UHGV virus genome: UHGV-0123226
DNA: 64,000 nucleotides
Origin: a virus
Strand: one strand, 5' to 3'
Shown here: positions 18,321 to 28,002 of the stretch, one piece after another
Position numbering within the stretch: position 1 is the first letter of the stretch
Layout: each line of letters starts with the position of its first letter
Translations under genes and position numbers: made by a program
The notes under the pieces: generated by a model
What the model was told of the DNA's origin: nothing
What the model saw: the letters and a program-made list of their open reading frames with translations, nothing else
The model's database searches: none

Positions 18321-18645
18321 TGTGTTAGGCGTAGAATACACCATTTATACAGAAGTAACTGAAGAAGATAAATCTTATATGAAAGGGAACGACGGTATTG
18401 CTGATTTTACGACAAAAGAAATATTTATTGCACCATTATACGAAGATGATCCGTATTGTATGAAGGACATGAAAGTCTATGAAAATCGTACGATTCGCCA
18501 TGAAATTATCCATGCTATTTTATTTGAATCGGGATTAGACAATAACGCAGAATGGCCAAGAAATGAAGAAATCGTTGATTGGATTGCTATTCAGTTTCCT
18601 AAATTATTAAACATTTACAAAGAATTAGAAGTTGAGTCGTTTTAA
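18298..18645 (+). CDS. small HExxH-motif protein (SprT-like/metalloprotease-like)
   Basis: RHEIIHAILFESG motif; 115 aa. Confidence 0.4.
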   Translation: MKEKAKVNVLGVEYTIYTEVTEEDKSYMKGNDGIADFTTKEIFIAPLYEDDPYCMKDMKVYENRTIRHEIIHAILFESGLDNNAEWPRNEEIVDWIAIQFPKLLNIYKELEVESF

Positions 18646-18723
18646 ACGGCTTTTTATTTTGTCCAGGCGTGGATGACAAAAAAAGCTACGGAAATGAGCA
18701 AGCATTGATTCTCAATAAAAGCT

Positions 18724-19383
18724 ATGGAAGGAGAAAGTCAAATGAAAACATGTAATTTATTACCAATGCAATTACAATTTTTTGCTGCAGATAATGGAAA
18801 TGGTTCAGGTGGAGGAGATAATCATCAGCAACAAAATGAAGACGAACAAAAATCATTGAATCTCGATGAACTAGATGAAGAACAGCTGACTTCAATTAAA
18901 GAAAAGTTCGGATTAAAAGACGATAAAGATGTTGATGAGATTATCAAAAGTAAAAAATCACGTTGGCAAAAAGATTTAGAAGAACAAAAGAATGAAGCCG
19001 CTCGTTTAGCGAAACTTTCAGAAAAAGAGCGACAACAAGCTATTCTTGATAAAGAAAAAGAAGAGTTTGAAAAACAAAAGGCTGAGTTCCAAAAACAGCA
19101 ACTGTTCGTTGAAAAAGGAAATCAGTTAAAATCAGAAGGTATGCCTTCTGATTTTGCCCATAGAATTACCGGAGAAACAGCTGAAGAAATTCTAGAAGAT
19201 GTAAAGGCATTTCGTGATGAATGGGATAAAGCTGTAGAAGCAAAGGTGAACGAGCGCCTTGCTAGCAAAAATAAGACACGAGTAGGCAATAATGGTGGTC
19301 AAATGACTAAAGCAGAAATTATGCAAATTAAAGACTCTAAAGAGCGTCAAAGAATGATTGCTCAAAATAGAGATTTATTCTAG
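18724..19383 (+). CDS. scaffolding protein
   Basis: 219 aa, highly charged coiled-coil, directly upstream of the major capsid gene; N-terminal L27-like MQLQFFAADNG motif. Confidence 0.7.
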   Translation: MEGESQMKTCNLLPMQLQFFAADNGNGSGGGDNHQQQNEDEQKSLNLDELDEEQLTSIKEKFGLKDDKDVDEIIKSKKSRWQKDLEEQKNEAARLAKLSEKERQQAILDKEKEEFEKQKAEFQKQQLFVEKGNQLKSEGMPSDFAHRITGETAEEILEDVKAFRDEWDKAVEAKVNERLASKNKTRVGNNGGQMTKAEIMQIKDSKERQRMIAQNRDLF

Positions 19384-19395
19384 GAGGAATAACTT

Positions 19396-20373
19396 ATGAA
19401 AAATATGTCAAAAACTAATAAAGAACGTTTATTAAAAATGGATTTGCAACTATTCGCGGCAGAACCAGACCTTACAAAAATGGATGATTTAGGGGAAATT
19501 AAATCAATTGATTTTGTGAATCGTTTTGAGAAAGGCATCAAAGAATTATTAGAGTTATTAGGTGTAACACGGTTAGAACCTTTATCTAAAGATATGAAAA
19601 TTCAAATGTACAAATGGACAACGTCATTAAAAGATGGAAATGTTGCGGAAGGCGATGATATTCCTTTATCCAAAGTAACTCGAGCTAAAGGAAAATCATT
19701 TACAGTAACATTTAATAAATGGCGCCGTGCAGTAACTGCTGAAGCAATTGCTCGTCATGGAGCATCTATTGCGATTGATCAATCTGACGAAAAATTATTG
19801 CGCCAAATTCAAGGTGGAATTAAAACGCAATTTGTTAATTTTTTAGGGACAGCTCCTACTAAAATTCCAGCTGAAGGGTTACAAAAAGCGTTAGCACAAT
19901 CATGGGGGAAACTAAGTACATTCGAAGAGTTTGATGGTGCTCAATTTGTTTCCTTTGTAAATCCTATGGATGTAGCAACCTACTTAGGGGATACAAAAGT
20001 CTTAGCAGATGCATCTAATGTATTTGGTATGACCTTATTGAAAAACTTTCTAGGTGCAACAAACGTTATTGTATTAAACGCAATTCCAGAAGGAAAGGTT
20101 TATTCTACCGCCGTTGACAATATCGTATTAGCATACTTGGATATGAAGGCATCAGATTTAGGTGATATTTTTGTGGACTTCGTTGATGAAACTGGTTTTA
20201 TTTCAGCGACTCGTGGACGTACTCTACGAAATGCAACATTTGAATCATTGTTTATGAATGCTTTAACATTATTCCCTGAAATTCCAGAAGGTGTAGTAGA
20301 AGCAACAATTAGTGGTGAAACAACAACGACAACGACAAAACCAACAACAACGACTACTACGACACAAGGGTAA
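19396..20373 (+). CDS. major capsid protein with a C-terminal Thr-rich tail
   Basis: 325 aa after the scaffold; N-terminal MDLQLFAAEPD motif; C-terminus TTTTTTKPTTTTTTTQG. Confidence 0.75.
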   Translation: MKNMSKTNKERLLKMDLQLFAAEPDLTKMDDLGEIKSIDFVNRFEKGIKELLELLGVTRLEPLSKDMKIQMYKWTTSLKDGNVAEGDDIPLSKVTRAKGKSFTVTFNKWRRAVTAEAIARHGASIAIDQSDEKLLRQIQGGIKTQFVNFLGTAPTKIPAEGLQKALAQSWGKLSTFEEFDGAQFVSFVNPMDVATYLGDTKVLADASNVFGMTLLKNFLGATNVIVLNAIPEGKVYSTAVDNIVLAYLDMKASDLGDIFVDFVDETGFISATRGRTLRNATFESLFMNALTLFPEIPEGVVEATISGETTTTTTKPTTTTTTTQG

Positions 20374-20387
20374 AGTAGGTTTCTAAT

Positions 20388-20771
20388 ATGGAAAATATAG
20401 AAAATGAATATGGTAATCGTCTGAAGGAAATCAAAGTTTTGTTAGGCATTTCTGACGAGCTCCAAGATGAATTGTTAACGTTAGTGATTCAAGACAGTGA
20501 AGAACGTATTTTATCTGTCTTGAATCAATATGCTCAAAAAAATGGAACAGATAAGTACGATGCTGTACCTGATAGTTTGAACTATATATTGAGAGATGTA
20601 TCAATTAAACGTTTCAACAAAAGAAATAGTGAAGGGACAAGTTCTGACAGCGAAGAAGGTCGTTCTTTTACTTGGGAAAAGAGTTATTTGGATGAATATT
20701 TGAACATTTTAGACGAGTATACCAAGCCTGAAATTAGAGCTGGTAAAGGAATTGCGAGGTTTTTACCATGA
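20388..20771 (+). CDS. head-tail connector (gp6/gp15-like)
   Basis: 127 aa, position after the major capsid gene. Confidence 0.55.
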   Translation: MENIENEYGNRLKEIKVLLGISDELQDELLTLVIQDSEERILSVLNQYAQKNGTDKYDAVPDSLNYILRDVSIKRFNKRNSEGTSSDSEEGRSFTWEKSYLDEYLNILDEYTKPEIRAGKGIARFLP

Positions 20772-21046
20772 TTTATAACCATCGTTGTAAAATAGTCAAG
20801 AATATTACTACTGAAGGGTATTTAGGAGAAGAAGCCATTTCAAAAGAAGTTAGAACAGTACCTTGTAGTATCCATAATATTTCTTTTGATGAACAAATAT
20901 CTTTCTTTGGAAAATACAATAAGAACGCACTTAAAGTTCATTTACAGGGATATTTCTTCTTTGATGAAATTAATATAGACGGTATTTCTAAAAATATTTT
21001 TGATGTTAAGTTTCATCGCAATTCAACAGTTGTGATATTAACATGA
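20768..21046 (+). CDS. head-tail adaptor / head closure protein
   Basis: 92 aa, overlapping start and stop codons in the morphogenesis operon. Confidence 0.5.
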   Translation: MIYNHRCKIVKNITTEGYLGEEAISKEVRTVPCSIHNISFDEQISFFGKYNKNALKVHLQGYFFFDEINIDGISKNIFDVKFHRNSTVVILT

Positions 21047-21390
21047 GCAAAGTTATTCAAATTGTTGGACTGAAGGCATTTGTTCGGGGTGTTAAGAAGC
21101 AAACAGAAAAAACAGAACAGTCTATTCATAAAGAGCTACAAAAATCAGGATTTAGAGTTGAGAAAAGGGCTAAACAATTAGCACCGGTAGATACTGGATG
21201 GTTAAGAAGCAATATATATTCATATATGATGAGCAGAATGTGTGTAAGTATAGACTCGCCTGCTAACTATTCAATTTTCATCGAAGAAGGAACACGTTTC
21301 ATGGCTGCTCAACCTTTCTTGTATCCTGCTGTAAAAGAAGAATATCCAACATTAATGAAGAATTTACAAAAGATAGTTGGAGGTAAATGA
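21043..21390 (+). CDS. HK97 gp10-like tail-component protein
   Basis: 115 aa; position. Confidence 0.5.
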   Translation: MSKVIQIVGLKAFVRGVKKQTEKTEQSIHKELQKSGFRVEKRAKQLAPVDTGWLRSNIYSYMMSRMCVSIDSPANYSIFIEEGTRFMAAQPFLYPAVKEEYPTLMKNLQKIVGGK

Positions 21391-21748
21391 AGTGGAACAT
21401 GCCCCAAATACTAAATTTTTAAAAGAGATTTCTGAAAAATTAAATAAAACGGGAATCCCTATTTACTATAAACTTCCAGGGCCAGAAATTATTGAGCCTT
21501 TTTATGTTATTGGCAATCACTTTGACGATGATACAAAAAGTGCAAAATTTGGTGCTGCAATAGTGAACACTGATTTACAAATAGATTTATTTTATCCAGT
21601 AAATAGTAGAGCAAAAGTCGAAGATGTAATATATCAAACCAAATCTGCTCTACGTACAAAGAAAATTAGTACAAATATTAGACCTGATAACACTATTGGC
21701 AGAGAAGTTTATCATGTCGTATTTAAAATATCTGATTATATTTTTTAG
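21377..21748 (+). CDS. tail completion / tail terminator protein
   Basis: 123 aa; directly precedes the major tail protein. Confidence 0.5.
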   Translation: MEVNEVEHAPNTKFLKEISEKLNKTGIPIYYKLPGPEIIEPFYVIGNHFDDDTKSAKFGAAIVNTDLQIDLFYPVNSRAKVEDVIYQTKSALRTKKISTNIRPDNTIGREVYHVVFKISDYIF

Positions 21749-21759
21749 GAGGAATTCAT

Positions 21760-22389
21760 ATGCCAGAAACAGTAAATAACGGAATTAAAAAATTCCAAGG
21801 AACACCTATTAGAGGAAACCGTGTTTGGTACTTTATTCAAAGCACACAAGTACCAATTGGATCTCCAGCTCTCTTGCCTGCGTTTCAAACAGATGGTACT
21901 ACAACTATCGGCGGTGACAACATCGATGAACAAACAAAAATGGGGCGTATCATTTTAAAGTCAACTGATGAACATAGTATTGAATTGACACAATACTTTG
22001 CTCCCGATGATGAATCAATTGATGTTATTGAAGAAGCCAAAAAGAATGGACATTCTGTTAAAGTATGGCGAGTTGTTGTTGACGATACTCTTGCAACAGA
22101 AGAAGGCGCCGGAACTAAAGCTTATCCAGCTAAATTTGGTTATGGTATCCCTGACGAATTAGAATATGCTGAAGGAGAAGATTTAGTTGAAATTAGCTAC
22201 ACACTAAATATTGTAGGGAAATTGCAAGACGGAACATTTCCTTTATCAGACGAAGACGTTGCAATGGTCGAAAGTTTGTATCAATTCCAACGCCCAGGAG
22301 AAACTACTGGTGATTATAGCAATATTGATAATGGAACAACAACCACCACTACAAGACCTACAACAACCACAACGACAACTCAAGGGTAA
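21760..22389 (+). CDS. major tail (tube) protein with a C-terminal Thr-rich tail
   Basis: 209 aa at the canonical position upstream of chaperone/TMP; C-terminus TTTTTRPTTTTTTTQG, near-identical to the capsid tail. Confidence 0.7.
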   Translation: MPETVNNGIKKFQGTPIRGNRVWYFIQSTQVPIGSPALLPAFQTDGTTTIGGDNIDEQTKMGRIILKSTDEHSIELTQYFAPDDESIDVIEEAKKNGHSVKVWRVVVDDTLATEEGAGTKAYPAKFGYGIPDELEYAEGEDLVEISYTLNIVGKLQDGTFPLSDEDVAMVESLYQFQRPGETTGDYSNIDNGTTTTTTRPTTTTTTTQG

Positions 22390-22394
22390 TTAAA

Positions 22395-23303
22395 ATGAAA
22401 TACCTATTATGTCAGCCTGCGATTCAAAGATTTAAATGGGAATTAGAAGTGTGTCTTACTAACTTAAAAAAAGTAGGAATTGAAGACATCGTATTGCTCT
22501 TTTCGAAACATGATCCATCAATTCCTGTGTATTTTAAAGAAGAGTATGGTGTAACAGTGCATACTTATGAGGATAATCGAAGGGATAAAAGCTATATCCC
22601 TTCGATTAAACCTTATTTGTGGTGGCAATATTTAAAAGAAGACCCTAGTAGGGAAAAAGAAACATACTTCTATATGGACTCAGATGTGATTTTTAGAGAA
22701 CTGATTAATTTCAACAAGTTTAATTTGAAAGAGGATGTTTGGTACTGTTCAGATTGTAATGGCTACTTAAATATTGATTATATACGTAGCTGCAAAAATG
22801 GAGACAAAATATTGCAGGAGATGTCCGGTATAGTTGGTGTCAATCTTGAATCACTTGAAACAATTAATAGTAATTCAGGTGGGGCTCAATGGGTTATAAC
22901 CAATCCGAAAAAAGAATATTGGGAAAAGGTTTATTGTGATTCAATACGTTTATTCAAGTATTTAAATTACCAAGACAGTAATATTCAAATTTGGACTGCG
23001 GAAATGTGGGCTCAATTATGGAATATGTTAGTTTTTAACATAGGCCCGAAAATCGATGAAGAATTAAATTTTTGCTGGCCAACTGATCCAGTCAATAAAT
23101 GGTACGAAACAAAAATATTACACAATGCAGGTGTAACTGAAAAAGATAAAGATTTATTTTTTAAAGGAAAATATGTTAATACTAGTCCTTTTGAAGATAG
23201 GTTAGATAATATGGCTAAAGATAAAGCAACTATAAAATATATAGAAGCTATAAAAATGGCTAAAACAGGAGGAAATAATATATGTCATTTGCAGTTAAAT
23301 TAA
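22395..23303 (+). CDS. putative GT-A fold glycosyltransferase (DxD motif) inserted between the tail tube and chaperone genes
   Basis: 302 aa; YFYMDSDVIF DxD motif about 100 aa from the N-terminus after a hydrophobic beta-strand (IEDIVLLF). Non-canonical moron position; co-occurs with Thr-rich tails on capsid and tail tube proteins. Confidence 0.45.
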   Translation: MKYLLCQPAIQRFKWELEVCLTNLKKVGIEDIVLLFSKHDPSIPVYFKEEYGVTVHTYEDNRRDKSYIPSIKPYLWWQYLKEDPSREKETYFYMDSDVIFRELINFNKFNLKEDVWYCSDCNGYLNIDYIRSCKNGDKILQEMSGIVGVNLESLETINSNSGGAQWVITNPKKEYWEKVYCDSIRLFKYLNYQDSNIQIWTAEMWAQLWNMLVFNIGPKIDEELNFCWPTDPVNKWYETKILHNAGVTEKDKDLFFKGKYVNTSPFEDRLDNMAKDKATIKYIEAIKMAKTGGNNICHLQLN

Positions 23304-23758
23304 AAGAGAAACAATTAGAAATTAAGTTTAATTATGGAATGTTATTTAAAGCTAATAAAAAGCTAGGTACAAAAGATGCTCAAGGTAACTCACAAAATGA
23401 TGGCGCAGGTGTTCTTTTTGTAAAAGTTCTAGAAGAAGATGATGATGCGCTTTTTGATATTATCAAGCTGGCTTCAAAAGATAAAGTAACAGATGAAGAC
23501 ATTGCGAAGTCTGTTCAGGATTTTGTGGAAACTTTTGAAGATGAAGAAGAAGGATACAGCATGGTATTTGAAACACTTAAACAAGAAATGTTGGATTCTG
23601 GTTTTTTCGTGAAGAAATTGAAGAAATATATCAACAATCTAGAGAAAGCAGCAGATTACTTGAAGAGCCAACAACCGACCGAAGAGATTCAAAATCCAGA
23701 GCAACAAGCAAAAGCGGTCAAAGATTTAGCAGATCGAATCAAGAAAGAAATCTCATAG
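23282..23758 (+). CDS. tail assembly chaperone (gpG-like)
   Basis: 158 aa, acidic, immediately upstream of the TMP. Confidence 0.65.
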   Translation: MSFAVKLKEKQLEIKFNYGMLFKANKKLGTKDAQGNSQNDGAGVLFVKVLEEDDDALFDIIKLASKDKVTDEDIAKSVQDFVETFEDEEEGYSMVFETLKQEMLDSGFFVKKLKKYINNLEKAADYLKSQQPTEEIQNPEQQAKAVKDLADRIKKEIS

Positions 23759-24072
23759 TGAATTGTGCTAGGCAAGGATTAGTGGATATTCCATTAATTA
23801 TGTCTTGTTATAAGTGGGAGTTAGAAGCGATTTTAGAAGGATTAGCTTTGAAAAGTGTAGATGAACAAGAACAAAAAGCCCATTATGCGTTTACTTTAAG
23901 ATATGTTTTGAATGCAAAGAAGCCAAAAATAAAAAAAGTATTTGATAAAGAAAAAATTGAACGCAAAATAAAATCTATTTTTGCTACGACAAACGAAAAG
24001 GAAGAAACATACAATCGTGTGGAAAAGGCAAAAGAAGTGATGAACTATTTCAAAAATAAAAAGTGGAGGTGA
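23758..24072 (+). CDS. tail assembly chaperone frameshift extension (gpGT-like T part, -1 frame)
   Basis: ORF in the -1 frame relative to the G ORF, ending just before the TMP start; canonical G/GT programmed frameshift arrangement. Confidence 0.5.
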   Translation: MNCARQGLVDIPLIMSCYKWELEAILEGLALKSVDEQEQKAHYAFTLRYVLNAKKPKIKKVFDKEKIERKIKSIFATTNEKEETYNRVEKAKEVMNYFKNKKWR

Positions 24073-24076
24073 GTAA

Positions 24077-27000
24077 ATGGCTTTTGAAGGTGCTATTAAC
24101 GCTGTTATCGGTGCTGATTTGTCGCAATATAATGCTGCAATGAATAAAGTTTCATCTATAGCGAATAAAACTATGAATGATGTTGCTAACATATTACAAA
24201 GCGGATCTATGAGTACTACTCAAAAAGTCGGTCAAATTATGAGTAAGTTAGCTGATCCGATGCTAAATAGCGTTTCTAAAGTTTTACCACAAACTGTTGC
24301 ATTATTTGAAAAAGCTGGCGGCGGTATTCAACGTGTAATTGCTGGAATCGGTGAAAAAATACCACAACCAATTAAAAAAGGGATGTCTGCTGCCAAGAAT
24401 GCGGTTGTAAGTTCAGCTAAAGAAATGGGAGCTGGACTATCACAACAAACATCAATAATTGGTAAAGCATTTTCGACAGTTGCTTCTAAAATACCACAGC
24501 CTTTTAAAAGTGCATTTAAAGCTGTTGGATCAAGTGCTAGTGAAATAAGTTCAAAAATTACTACTTTAGGAACTAATATAGGTTCGAAGTTAACTAGTGC
24601 GTTTAATAGCGCTGGGTCAAAAGCGTCTAACGCACTAAATAAGATGGTTTCAGGAACCAATAAAGCAGGATCAGCAACAGATGATTTAGTAAAAAAAATC
24701 ATAGGTATTGGTGCAGCATACGCGGTAGCTCAAAAAGGTATATCAGCACTCTCTGGTGGATTTAAAGAAATTATAGGTGACTTGAACCAAGGCTCAGCTA
24801 CATGGAAAACTTTCAATGCTAATATGGAAAATATTGGTAAAGGAAAAGATGAAATAGCATCTGTAAAAAAAGAGCTACAAGACTTTGCCACTAAAACAAT
24901 TTATTCTGCTTCTGAAATGGCTACTACATATAGTCAATTAGCAGCTGTAGGAATAAAAAATACTGACAAATTGGTTATGGGGTTTGGTGGATTAGCTGCG
25001 GCAGCTGAAAATCCGACACAAGCGATGACAACGCTAAGCCAACAAGCTACACAAATGGCTGCAAAACCGATGGTTCAATGGCAAGATTTTAAATTGATGT
25101 TAGAACAAACTCCTGCAGGTATTGCAGCTGTTGCTAAAACTATGGGTATGTCAACCTCTGAAATGGTGACTGCGGTTCAAGATGGAAAAATTGCTACTCA
25201 AGATTTCTTTGATGCAATAACTAAAACTGGTACAAATGAAACGTTTTCAAAAATGGCTACCGAATATAAAACTGTCGGTCAAGCAATGGATGGCTTAAAG
25301 GAAACAATCACCAATAAATTACAGCCTGCTTTTGATCAGCTATCTCAAGTAGGGATAGAAGCAGTCAGCAAATTAACAGATAAAATTGGTGATTTTAATA
25401 TGGATAAAATATCTGCAGCAGTAGATGTTGCTACAAATGTTTTAAGCCATTTTATCAATGGTACTGATTTGTCTAAAAAAAGTATTGATGCTTTAAAAGG
25501 TGCTATCCAAGGACTATTACCTATAGCTGCAGTACTGGGAAGCGCGTTAGTAGTCAGTAAAGCAGCTCCTGCAATTGCATCTCTTTCAAGCGGATTTTCA
25601 GCATTTTCAGGAGTATTAGGAGGTATGGTAAGCGGACCGTTCAAAATGTTTAGTTCTGGATTAACAGGTTTGATAGGTTTAATTCCTAAAATAGGAAGTA
25701 GCTTATCCATGGCAAGTTCTGTTGGGATGGGAGCCTTAGGTGGCATGACTTCTGCAATGGGAACTATCATGCAAGTGGCTTTATCAGCTATAGGACCTGC
25801 AGCTATATTAGGGTTAGTTATAGCTGGATTGGGATTAATAAATAATCAATTTGGAGCACAAATTGACCAATTATTAAACACAGTAACTACAAAAGGACCA
25901 GAAATTATCACTAATCTTGTTAATGGTATTACCTCACAATTGCCACAACTTATGCAAAGTGGCACTGAATTAATTGCTAAACTAGCTAGTGCTATATCTA
26001 CAATGATTCCAATAATCATAGATTCAGGTATGAAAATTATTGGAAGTCTTGTACAAGGTGTGGGGCAAAATGCACCGTCTCTTATAAATTCAGCGTTAGA
26101 AGTTATTACTTCATTTTTGAGCTCCATAGCAAGTGCATTGCCTGAATTATTAAAAATGGGAATGGAACTTTTGCTGAATATAGTTAAAGGAATCATTCAA
26201 AATATACCAAAAATAGTTGAATCAGTGAAAAAAATCTTGGATTCGTTTGTTAATTCTGTAATGGAAAATCTACCTCAAATTATAGATACGGGTATTCAGA
26301 TTCTTCAGAATTTAATTGATGGTCTTACTCAATTATTGCCACAAATTTTACCTGTCGCATTAAACGCGATTCTAACATTAATCCAAGGTTTAATGGATAA
26401 TATACCTAAGCTTTTAGATGGAGCAGTCCAAATTATAAATTCATTATGTAATTTTATTGTAGAAAACTTACCTATGATTCTAGACGCAGCAATGCAAATT
26501 ATTATGGCCTTGGTTAATGGTATTGTTGAGAATTTGCCAAACATCGTTTCTTCGGGAATACAAATCATTATGACGTTGATTGGCACGGTAATCCAGATGC
26601 TACCACAAATTATTGCTGCTGGGTGGGATATTATTAAAGCTCTTGCTGGTGCTATTTTAGAGGCTATTCCTAATGTTTTAAAAGGAGCTTGGGATGGTAT
26701 TAAAAATGGGTTTTCAAATTTATGGAACACAATAACGGGTAAGTCATCTGAAACAAGCTCAAAAGTATCAAATGATGCTACTACTACTGCTACAAATTTG
26801 AGTTCATCTTATGGACAAGCAAGTTCAAATGTTGCTAATTCAATGAACAACATGAATTTAAATGTAGGTAATTTGAGTACACAAGCCTCAAACAATGCAA
26901 TTAATGCTTCTAATGCAGCTAAAGATGGTACGTCTTCAAACTATAATCTACTAGCTACAAATGTATCAGGAACGATGAATAACCTTAATAGTGTAGTAAG

Positions 27001-27991
27001 TTCAAATTCAACTAAAGCAGCAAATGCTGCAACAAAAGAGTCTAATAGTGCACTAAATGGTGTCTCTAGTGACTATAATAGTATTTTATCTAATGTTAAT
27101 CAGGCTACCTCTGGTACTGCGAATGCTGTTGGCACTAATATGAATCAAGCTACCCAACAAGCTTCTAGTGCCTCTAACCAAATGTTTCAAAATGTATCAA
27201 ATAATACACAAAATATTAATAATAAATCTTCGCAAGACATTTCACAGATGTCAAACAATGTAACGAAGTCCATGAACTCAATGAAGTCAAATGTGACAGG
27301 TACAATGAATAGTGTTGTTAGTACTATTAACGGGGGATTCAGTAGGATAAATTCTGCAAATACTCAAGCATTCAATTCAATGGCAAATAATGTTCAAAAT
27401 GGTATGAATAGAATGAATAGTGCCGTTATGAATAGCATGAATTCAATGACAAGCATAATGATTTCTTCCACGAGTCGAATAAACTCCATTTTTAGTGGAT
27501 TGACTTCAACGCTTTCTAATATCGGTTATAATGCAGGTATAGGTTTGAGAAATGGTTTAGCAAATTCTGCGGGTTCTATTTACGCAACTGCTAGTAATAT
27601 AGCTAGTAACGTAGCCCGTACTATGAGGAAAGCACTGGATATTCATTCGCCATCACGTGTTACCGATAAAATTGGGGGATTTGTTGGGATGGGTTTAGTT
27701 AACGGCATGTCAAGAATGCAAAAGCAAGTTGATAGACAAGCGTTAGCATATGCAACATCAATAAAATCACAAGAATATGAAGCAAATTCTGTTTTAACGG
27801 CGGATACTAGAAATGTCTCTAATAAGCTTTCTTCATCTATGAATGAATTAAGCGAAGAAGTTAAAACTAGTCAATTACAAGAACCAGTATTTGAAGTTCA
27901 TACCGAACTTGTTGGAGATAAAATATACACAATTGTTAAACAAAAAGAAGCAAGAAATCAAAATAAAGTTAATTTGGTTAACAAGAAATAG
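24077..27991 (+). CDS. tail tape measure protein
   Basis: 1304 aa; N-terminal TMP domain, long alpha-helical/Ala-Gly-rich TM-like middle, Asn/Ser-rich low-complexity C-terminal region. Confidence 0.9.
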   Translation: MAFEGAINAVIGADLSQYNAAMNKVSSIANKTMNDVANILQSGSMSTTQKVGQIMSKLADPMLNSVSKVLPQTVALFEKAGGGIQRVIAGIGEKIPQPIKKGMSAAKNAVVSSAKEMGAGLSQQTSIIGKAFSTVASKIPQPFKSAFKAVGSSASEISSKITTLGTNIGSKLTSAFNSAGSKASNALNKMVSGTNKAGSATDDLVKKIIGIGAAYAVAQKGISALSGGFKEIIGDLNQGSATWKTFNANMENIGKGKDEIASVKKELQDFATKTIYSASEMATTYSQLAAVGIKNTDKLVMGFGGLAAAAENPTQAMTTLSQQATQMAAKPMVQWQDFKLMLEQTPAGIAAVAKTMGMSTSEMVTAVQDGKIATQDFFDAITKTGTNETFSKMATEYKTVGQAMDGLKETITNKLQPAFDQLSQVGIEAVSKLTDKIGDFNMDKISAAVDVATNVLSHFINGTDLSKKSIDALKGAIQGLLPIAAVLGSALVVSKAAPAIASLSSGFSAFSGVLGGMVSGPFKMFSSGLTGLIGLIPKIGSSLSMASSVGMGALGGMTSAMGTIMQVALSAIGPAAILGLVIAGLGLINNQFGAQIDQLLNTVTTKGPEIITNLVNGITSQLPQLMQSGTELIAKLASAISTMIPIIIDSGMKIIGSLVQGVGQNAPSLINSALEVITSFLSSIASALPELLKMGMELLLNIVKGIIQNIPKIVESVKKILDSFVNSVMENLPQIIDTGIQILQNLIDGLTQLLPQILPVALNAILTLIQGLMDNIPKLLDGAVQIINSLCNFIVENLPMILDAAMQIIMALVNGIVENLPNIVSSGIQIIMTLIGTVIQMLPQIIAAGWDIIKALAGAILEAIPNVLKGAWDGIKNGFSNLWNTITGKSSETSSKVSNDATTTATNLSSSYGQASSNVANSMNNMNLNVGNLSTQASNNAINASNAAKDGTSSNYNLLATNVSGTMNNLNSVVSSNSTKAANAATKESNSALNGVSSDYNSILSNVNQATSGTANAVGTNMNQATQQASSASNQMFQNVSNNTQNINNKSSQDISQMSNNVTKSMNSMKSNVTGTMNSVVSTINGGFSRINSANTQAFNSMANNVQNGMNRMNSAVMNSMNSMTSIMISSTSRINSIFSGLTSTLSNIGYNAGIGLRNGLANSAGSIYATASNIASNVARTMRKALDIHSPSRVTDKIGGFVGMGLVNGMSRMQKQVDRQALAYATSIKSQEYEANSVLTADTRNVSNKLSSSMNELSEEVKTSQLQEPVFEVHTELVGDKIYTIVKQKEARNQNKVNLVNKK

Positions 27992-28002
27992 AGGAGGACA
28001 CT

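Noticed and set aside
20320-22389. Thr-codon runs flagged as possible CRISPR-like or tandem DNA repeats
   Set aside because: They are in-frame coding segments (ACN codons with mixed third positions) at the C-termini of two structural genes and have no spacer-repeat periodicity. No CRISPR array is present anywhere in the window.
24328-26730. Minus-strand ORFs inside the phage A tape-measure gene (24328-24702, 25345-25770, 25846-26196, 26329-26730)
   Set aside because: They are antisense to a long, clearly genuine TMP gene. The low-complexity Ala/Gly/Ile-rich translations are typical of shadow ORFs.
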